The notes under the pieces: model-generated
What the model was told of the DNA's origin: nothing
Databases searched by the model: none
Seen by the model: only the letters and a program-made list of their open reading frames with translations
Translations under genes and position numbers: made by a program
Origin: Octopus sinensis
Lineage: Eukaryota
DNA: 64,000 nt
Assembly (NCBI RefSeq): GCF_006345805.1
Contig: NC_043014.1
Location: forward strand, 29,822,001 to 29,886,000
Direction: 5' to 3'
In this document: piece by piece, positions 56,116 to 64,000 of the stretch
How the letters are laid out: each line of letters begins with the position of its first letter
Numbering within the stretch: position 1 is the stretch's first letter

Positions 56116-56200
56116 TGGCGCCCCCCCTTACCCTGAGACCGTTTAACTTGTACACAGATTAAAGACAGGTTACGGTCTTAGGCACAGGATGGGTTTGCCA
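56116..56200 (+). ncRNA. Mir-10: MicroRNA precursor, Mir-10 family, miR-125/lin-4-type seed. Predicted 5p ACCCUGAGACCGUUUAACUUGU (56130-56151), 3p about 56165-56186
   Basis: The 5p arm shares CCCUGAGACC and the 3' AACUUGU with miR-125 (UCCCUGAGACCCUAACUUGUGA). It forms an 18-bp stem with a 2-nt bulge against acaggttacggtcttagg, with a 13-nt loop. There is a partially paired lower stem and a basal UG at -14/-13. CpGs are retained in a CpG-poor context. Confidence 0.85.
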
Positions 56201-56632
56201 CAATCAACTGTACTTAGCTGGTTGTTTTGTTCTGTATTAAATTGAAAAGAGCTTAGTTAGACTTCTACTGTGATTACATTAATGTGCTTCTCCACACTTG
56301 TCAAACTTCCACTCTTCCCTCCTCTTAAACAACCCACTCAGATTTGCATTTTTTAAGTGTTACCTCACCAGCATAATTAGTAGTTGATAGGAAAAAGTCG
56401 GTCAAAATCCTAGCTGAAGGAGTTCACAGTGACATTTTTTGAAATCAATTCATCCGATTGAGAAGTTGAGTTGATATTCAGTAGTCATAAGAGAAGCAGT
56501 AAAAATAACCGAAACATGTCTTGCTCAATTATATCCCTTTATAAATCTCTGTGTGTGTATGGGTGGGGGTGGGGGTGAGAGTGGGTGGGGTGGGTTACAT
56601 TTGACATGTTGCATTTGTATTTTATATTGCAG

Positions 56633-56750
56633 ATACTGAAAAGAAGAATCTTTGTGAGAGGAGTTGGGCAGTTACAAGTATCACCACTACCACTGCTACA
56701 ATCTTGACCACATGCTGAAATTTTAATAAATGGTTTTATTATAATTAGAT
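56633..56750 (+). other. Candidate terminal non-coding exon of a miRNA host transcript
   Basis: ttgac branch point, acceptor tttgtattttatattgcag, early stops in all three frames, AATAAA at 56725-56730 and a downstream GT-rich tract. Confidence 0.35.
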
Positions 56751-57609
56751 GTGTAGATATATTGTGAGTGTATGTATTTAAACCACAATTATTTTACACA
56801 TACATTCACTTTGGGAATAAACATGTAAACCCAGACTGACTTTTGTGTTTGTTTTTCAATTTGTAAATTAAAAATGATGGAGTAAAAAATGAGTTGTTGA
56901 ATTATGTTATTTGTCAGCTAAGAAGATTTTCTTGTTGTTAAATTCTTACTGAATTCTGTTTGACTAGATATTAAAGATGGAAAGAAATGAACTGCTATAA
57001 CTTTCCGTTATCTTTTCGACATTTTCATTTTGTACAGCTTTTCACATTTGCACAGTTTAGCTAGTAATTTACTTTATCTAAAGATTGCAATGAAAGAGGC
57101 ATTCTACATATTAATTATAGGCTGCTTTGCAACTATCCTGTCTTCACACATTCAGGCATGTCATCATTATCATCATCATCATTACCAGTCATTAGCAACA
57201 ATAGCTCTTTCAGTGAACAAAGTCAGAAACTACCATTCCAGAAGGGCTCTTTGTAAAATACATACGTCTAAATGCATTGGAATCAGAGGATTCTATAAAA
57301 ATTAAAAACATCAGATGATAATAATAAAATGAAAACTGGCATTTAGGAATGGACCTAAATTTTGGGGTCATATATCTCACCAAAAAGTTCCTATTGTTTA
57401 GTTTCAAAGCAAAGCCACCTCCTGATGCTTCACAAAACATTGTCAGTCACATGACCTATTACAGGTGTCTAACACTTTTAAATATCTTTCACGGCCATTT
57501 TATTTTCTAATTATTTTAGAGTCACTAGGAGCAGTTGATTGTAAAAGTTGTTTGCATTAAACCAATAGATATTATGAAATAATTTTGTTGAGCCATATAC
57601 AATTACATA

Positions 57610-58134
57610 CTGTAAATCCTCGAGTATAATCTGCATTTGTTACCCAAAATTTAATGGTCAAAATCCCTAGTGCGTACTATATACGAGGTTAAAAATTAAA
57701 GATATTTTCTAAGCAATGTCCGAGTCTCTATTTGCAGTCCGGCAATGTTTATTCAGACGCATTTTGTGATGTCGGGCACAAAAATACCTTAAGCTAAGCC
57801 TGAAAGCAATGAAGTCATAAAAGAATCATTCATAACTTGCAGTAAGCAATATTTATTAAAATAAAAGTATTCAAAACACAGAATAATAACATGTAACAAA
57901 AACAATTTGCAAACATATTTACATTCCCTTATAACAGTTAAGAACATCACCATTATTGTATTATGCATGTGCGCAAGTGTTTGTTTGACTAGGTGCTGCT
58001 AGCTTAATTACGCATGACTCAAGTTAGAGAAGGGGTGTGTATTATACACAAGGTTTAGGTTTTTCAGAGGTACAGTCCCCTAAAAATCCCCTGCGTATTA
58101 TACTCAAGGGCAGACTATACTCAAGGATTTACAG
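57610..58134. mobile_element. TA-flanked MITE (pogo/Tc1-mariner type)
   Basis: TIRs TA|ctgtaaatcctcgagtataatc ... gactatactcaaggatttacag|TA, with subterminal repeats of the TIR motif. Confidence 0.88.
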
Positions 58135-58137
58135 TAT

Positions 58138-58490
58138 GTATGCAGTCATGCTGGAGCACCATCTTGAAGGGTTTAAGATGAATAAATTGACCCCAATATT
58201 TAATTAAGACTGGTACTTATTCTATTGATCTCCTTTTGGCAGGATATGTGTAAACAAACTAACACCTGTTGCCAAGTGGTGAAAGGGGGAAAAACACAAG
58301 CACCAAGACATACATGCATATATATATATATATGATGAACTTTTAATTTCCATCTACCACATCCTCACAAGGCTTTGGTCAGCCTGGTGCTATAGTTGAA
58401 GACACTTGCCCAAGTCACCATGCAGAAGGACTGAACCTGGAACTTTGTGGTTGGGAACAAATTTCTTACCACACAGCCATGCCTGCATAC
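58138..58490 (-). mobile_element. tRNA-derived SINE, diverged
   Basis: Main family motifs (gaagacacttgcccaag...ttcttaccacacagccatgcc). Confidence 0.8.
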
Positions 58491-58714
58491 ACAAAAGCAT
58501 GTGCACATTACACATACTTTTATGTTTAGAAATGCACACAAGAAAGAGGGTACTCAATCTGGGTACTTGTTTATTTGTGTAAAATCAATGATTCTCTCCA
58601 CCAGACTAAATTTCTTTTCATTACAACTTGAATGCATAAAACCATGCCAAACTTCATTTAGCTATGTGTAAATCATCAATTTAAATGAAAATGCATATAT
58701 ATATATATATATAT

Positions 58715-58902
58715 AACGGGAAGGTTTACGAAAATAAACAAAAGACGAAGGCAGGTGGAGTACAAACAAACGATGTATTAGTATGGCACTCAGGAATAGA
58801 AATAAAACAAGTCTTTTACGTTTCGAGCCTACGCTCTTCAACAGAAAGATACACAGAAAAGAAATAAGGAGAGAAAAAAATTGCGTGTAGGGGCTAACGA
58901 TC
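58715..58902 (-). mobile_element. Penelope-like terminal-repeat fragment carrying a minimal hammerhead
   Basis: Hammerhead motif at 58812-58849 plus a T-rich tail. Related to 26957-27107. Confidence 0.6.
58812..58849 (-). ncRNA. Minimal type I hammerhead ribozyme with one core substitution
   Basis: Minus strand: UCUUU-CUGUUGA-A-GAGC(GUAG)GCUC-GAAAC-GUA|AAAGA. 5-bp stem I, 4-bp stem II, palindromic ACGU stem III. Confidence 0.65.
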
Positions 58903-59672
58903 CATGCATACATACATGTAATTGGTGATGATGTTTTTTAAAAACAGAGTTACAGTTGGTAAGAAAAATACCTTAATGTTAAACAAGTACATATTGTTTA
59001 ATTTAGTGAAATATAAAAAAGATAGTGTTAATCAGTTAAAATGTACAGAAGGTGTTTCAAACTGAAACATTCAGAGTTGTCACACTCACTCACTATTGCA
59101 TGTCTCTAATGTTTAATCAATTCAAATTTAGGAGTTCTCTCCCCTGACCTCCTTAAAAAAGACTGTTATGAACACTGATGATGTTTTTTATTACAGGTGT
59201 AATTTCAGTATGTAAAAGCTTGTTAACCCACACTTAACAAGAGATAGGATAGATTGAGTATGACTGGTTGGATACTTTAAACAGATTACAAGTTGTGTTA
59301 TGACTTCAATCTACCATAAGTTTTGTTTCAGAGAGAGAGAGAGAAGGGGTGTACATCTGTACAATGTATTGTATTCTGTTTGCATCATTTGTTTCGCTGT
59401 CAAATATAGCAACATTTTGGGGTTTTATGTCCACCTGGAAAATGTGTCCTAAATAAGTTTGATTTCAAAATCTTTTAGATACTCTATCTATAAGATCATG
59501 AAAAATTGTCTCCAATTTGTTGAATCTAGAAATGTAAGAGAATAGTTTTTTATCTAATTATATCATATATGGCAAACCTAATTTAATTTAGATTTTTGCC
59601 AAAAAATAGACTTCCATTCCTGGCTATTAGAAAATTTTGTATTTTTGTCTCATAAATTTATTTACTCATTAA

Positions 59673-59859
59673 CCATTTAGCATTCAGATTACTCTATCAA
59701 GTATAAGGCTTATTCGTATTTAATTAACCATGCATTATCTCATAGCTTCGATATTTTGATGATTGTATATTTTTAGAATGACATTGTACAGTAGGTGTGG
59801 GAGCCTGGATCTGGCTGGTTTGAACATAAACAGATATGGACGGTTTAAATGCTAAAGGG
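59673..59859. mobile_element. piggyBac-like MITE
   Basis: TTAA|ccatttagcatt ... aatgctaaaggg|TTAG. Confidence 0.8.
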
Positions 59860-62144
59860 TTAGACATGTAATCTCTCAAAAATAATTATTTTCTATAGAG
59901 ATAGCAAAGGTGGAAATATGCTAGACTATTTATTGTGTATTTAGATTCTTAGCTCTACATTATACTCAATAAGTTACGTAGCAAATAGAGATCTTAATAA
60001 ACTAATAAGCCTTGAAGCTAGCAACCAGGTTGTAGCACACTGAAAACCTATGACCCCAGTGATATTATTATAAAACATTTTTGAATATTGGAATAGATTA
60101 CTATTGATTCTAGGCCTCTCACTTCCAACAGTTGATCTTATCTAATTTTCAAATAAAATTATTATTGTATTTGGGTATGGGCTAAAGCTAGAGGAAAATT
60201 AGATAAGGTGGAAAATCAAGTACAAGTGAGTTAAGAGTGACTGGACATTAAAAGCCCCAATCACTATGCATGAAAGATAACTCTGGTGGTGTGGAAATTT
60301 GAAATAAGTAGTGTGAAAAATGCCATATGCTTACGGTGAAAATTACACATGACTTCAAAGGAATTGGTGAAGCGAGTCATATCTCAGAGATATTTATTGT
60401 CACGGATGAAATGAAACATCAAAACAAGTTGCAATATGTCTTATTTGGGATCCATTCAATCTATTCTAGCATGGAAAAATGGACATTAAAGCAATGATGA
60501 TCATTATGAACATTGTCATCATCATTATTACAGAGCAGTGGAGGAGAAGAACTGGTAGAGCCCTTGTACTTTAAAACTTGGCATGATTCTCCATTTCTGA
60601 TGGGGTTGGCTCTAAAGAAGTCATTTGAAAATCAGTTATATTTTTTTATGTTTTTTTTCCAAAAAGATGCATGAATTCTTCAGTAAGAAGCTGTTTTAGA
60701 GTCTGGTGGTCAGCAAGATCAACATTTCCATTTGAATAACACATTGCATTTATCACATTTCCATTTATTGGTTACAAACTTGTTACTAATTTTAGATATG
60801 GTACAAATTGAAATGTTTTCCAGAAGTGTAGTCACAATCCAAAACCATGGTTGATGGCACCTTTTTTTTTTTCCTACAACTAGTGTGTATGACCAAGATC
60901 TAATCTCTGTTTATCTTGATTATGAGCTTTTTGCCTGATATTGCTATGTGGTGTCTATCTGCAACTTCTTTGGCAACATTCTGTTAAAAGTGAACTTGTC
61001 ATTCATCAGGCATCTCCAACTGCCTCTAGACAGCTTGTCTGGTTGCATTCTGTTTACAGCTAGTTTTTGAAAGCTGCATTCCTGGCAGCATTAGCTTGCT
61101 TTCTTTGTTGAAGCTGCTAATTTATGTCTGCTGTCCTTAGAGCCCACTTGCATTCGGCACATAGGTTGGGCACATAATTTTTATGGCATCATTGATGGAA
61201 ACAAATTATTAACAAAGCAATTGAACGCAAGTATCCTTTCCTGTTATAACCAAAGAGGAAAAAAAAAACTTTTATAAAGAAAAAGAACAATCAAGGGGTT
61301 AGGCAAACAATGATATAGAATGAAAATATTACTTTCTGGTGCTGACCTGTGACTTATAAGGTTAAAGAGAAATTGTGAAATGTGATTTCAGAAAAGTAAG
61401 ATGCAGAGGAGTCAAGTGACAGAACATATGGAAATGTAAATAACAATTTAAAAAAAATAAAACTTGATGTCAATTCTCTGGAAACACTGACAAAATTTTA
61501 TGAAGAGTATTAAGTGTTGAGAGAGGGAGAACGAGAAATAATGTAAGTATAATCATGAGAGAGAGAAATACTTAATGGTTGTTGTAATTTTTCTTCCAGT
61601 TTCTTTGTTTTTACCTTTTTTTCTACTTGTATTTTAGACACTAAGAATTTTTTTTTTTTGAGGAAGTGTAAGCATTGAGAGAAGGGAAGAAAGCATTTGT
61701 AATAAACAGCAGTCAATAAGGGAAACAAAGTTGTATGAAAGAGAAAGAATATATGAAGAATAGGATAAGTAAAGCATAGAGTGTTAAGATTGACATCAGT
61801 TGGAGGTAAATTGGACATGCACTCAAACTCGTATATGTACACACACACATGCCAGAAGTTTCAAGACCCTTTTAGGAGAGGCAGTTAATATAACTCTCCT
61901 AGATTATAGTATTTTTAATACATCATTACTATACATCTAATAAGCTAACCCACTAACTTTTGTTATTCCACACTGAAGAAGATGGCTGTAACTGCTAAGC
62001 ATTGCAGTGATGATTCTTCCAGCTCACTGCCTTGGTAATAACAACAATATTGGTATATAGTATACAGGCAGTTTAAACAAATAAGAATAATAAGTCAAAC
62101 TTGTGTTATTGTAAACTGGATAATTAAGATTGAGTAAAGTCATA

Positions 62145-62400
62145 TTCATCATCATTTAACATCCTCTTTCCATGTTAGCGTGGGTTGGACAGTTTTATAT
62201 GAGCTGGCAAACCAGAGAGCTGTGTCGAGCTCTGTTGCCAGTTTTGGCATGGTTTCTATGGCTTGATGCCTTTCCTAGTACCAACCACTTTACAGAATGT
62301 ACTGGGTGCTTTTTACGTGGCACCAGCACTGGGAGAGCCACCAAGTACCTCACAAGACAGGGCAAAGTCTCCTCAGCTGGGGGAAGTAGTATTGAAGGAG
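62145..62400 (-). mobile_element. RTE 3' end fragment
   Basis: catcatcatttaacatcctctttccatgttagcgtgggttggac...gatgcctttcctagtaccaacc. Confidence 0.8.
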
Positions 62401-63064
62401 GTGACTTTGTGCCAGTTGATGAGAGGTTAAAAGAATAACAGAGAGATTAAAAAGGGGTCTTGCTGTAGAAGAGATACAAGGATGTCTCAGTTGGAGAGGA
62501 AGGAGACTTAGAGAGAAAGATAAAGATGGCAAGAGTGAGAGAAGTGGTGGTACAGTGAAGTGATGGGGAAGGGAAAAGTCTTATAAGAATGAGGGGAGAT
62601 GGAATAGAGGGGTCTCTAGTAATTGAAGGTGACCAGTATAGGAGTGTCTCAGGAGGGAGAAGTGTATGTTAGATATGTGAGGACATTGAGAGAGATAAGA
62701 TATGAAAGCGGTGTAAGGATGGATGGAGTCTAGCAGAGAAAAGGAGCAACTATTGTAAATATGATACCAAAATGTAAATACTGGACATCTGTAATAACGG
62801 ATGGACATGACACTACTTTTCTACGTGGTGCTTTAATATAAGAAAATTCCCAAACAAGTCACAATAGACCAATGAACAATCCAATTATCAGTGCAGTAAA
62901 ACTCATTTACTCATTCCCAGAATACTCCTCAGATAAATATGGCACACACTAGAGGAGCTGAATAAGTGGTCAAGACTAACATAATTACAGCAACTCTTCT
63001 CCGTGGAAAAATTTCTTACTGCAGATAATAAGGTGTAAATACAACAAATCAGTTCTAAGTACCT

Positions 63065-63555
63065 TCGAACTAGACTGATAGATGCTTGTATTTCAGGGTG
63101 GTTATCTCCTCTTCAGCATTAGATGAAGGTTTGTCAACAGCAAGAAATTTTTCTCTATGACAAAATACAGGGATTGACTTCCATACAAGTTCAAATACAC
63201 CTCAACCAGATTTGAACTGGTAACAAGTTTGTGCTTATACAAACTTAGCACTTCTATTCTGTATGATGGGAATATATTAAGAGATTTACATCTCTTATCA
63301 GTTTGTAGAGTTCCCCTTTCTGGTATCTGATGCTGAAGAGGAGATAACCACTCAGAAGTGCATGCATCCATCAATCTAGTTAGAGCTGTGAACTGACTTG
63401 CTATGTTTACACCTATTTCTCAACAGCAAGAAATTTTCTCCATAACAAAACACAGTGAATGGCTTTCCTATGGGTTCAAATATGCATCAAGGATATTTGA
63501 ACTAGTAACAAGTTTGACTTTATACAGACCACTACTTAGTGCTTCTACTCTGTAC
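63065..63555. repeat. A-B-inverted A-B composite, Penelope-like, with two degenerate hammerhead motifs
   Basis: 63081-63120 is the inverse of 63329-63368 (CTGAAGA-GGAGATAACCA-C(T/C)C-GAA). 63134-63263 is repeated directly at 63420-63554. Confidence 0.6.
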
Positions 63556-63570
63556 TATATATCCATATAT

Positions 63571-63603
<33 letters not shown>

Positions 63604-63611
63604 GGATATAT

Positions 63612-64000
63612 ATCATCATCATCGTTTAACGTCCGTTTTCCATGCTAGCATGGCTTGGACGGTTCGACTGGGGTCTGGGAAGCCAGGAGGCTGCGCCAGG
63701 CTCCAGTTTGATCTGGCAGTGTTTCTACAGCTGGATGCCCTTCCTACTGCCAACCACTCCGAGAGTGTAGTGGGTGCTTTTTACGTGCCACTGGTACAGG
63801 GGCCAGTAGAGGCTGGCAAATGACCACAATCGGTTGGTGTGTTTTATGTGTCACCAACACAGGCAGCGCTGGCATCAGCCACATTTGGATAGTGCTTTTT
63901 ATGTGCCACCGGCACAGATATCTTAACTACAATTTCCATTTGATTTATATTTTGATGTTGGTGTTGACGTCATTGACTCAATAGGTCTCCCCAAGAACAG
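63612..64000 (-). mobile_element. Young RTE 3' end (runs off the window)
   Basis: catcatcatcgtttaacgtccgttttccatgctagcatgg...ggatgcccttcctactgccaaccactccgagagtgtagtgggtgc. Confidence 0.9.

Noticed and set aside
56205-56225. ttagctggttgt matching the 3' end of miR-34
   Set aside because: The seed TGGCAGTG is absent and there is no precursor-size hairpin.
57030-57305. ORF resembling a signal peptide plus His-rich peptide (MKEAFYILIIGCF...CHHYHHHHY)
   Set aside because: The His run is a (CAT)n microsatellite and the hydrophobicity follows from T-richness. I recognise no homology.
61970-62010. CTGAAGA motif as a further hammerhead (also near 59045)
   Set aside because: GAAA and/or the stems cannot be reconstructed.

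Overview
This is AT-rich, repeat-dense eukaryotic DNA. The repeat spectrum (tRNA-derived SINEs, RTE LINEs with (GAT)n tails, very long (AT)/(GT)/(GA) microsatellites) points to an octopus or other coleoid cephalopod; this is my inference. I cannot support any intact host protein-coding gene. The supplied ORFs are microsatellite read-through or decayed transposon frames: RTE, Gypsy, Penelope GIY-YIG, hAT, pogo, mariner DD34D, Tc1 DD34E, DD37D and DD41D-like. The clearest functional element is a plus-strand Mir-10-family microRNA hairpin at about 56116-56200. It has a miR-125/lin-4 seed, a star arm and a basal UG at -14. It sits just upstream of a strong splice acceptor and polyA signal, which suggests a non-coding host transcript. 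Other notable structures are several Penelope-type minimal hammerhead ribozyme motifs (one nearly intact), a 265-bp spacer-less palindrome, a locally templated chimeric insertion, a self-primed fold-back at a retroposon junction, and closely spaced inverted SINE pairs. All analysis was done by eye, so repeat boundaries are approximate.
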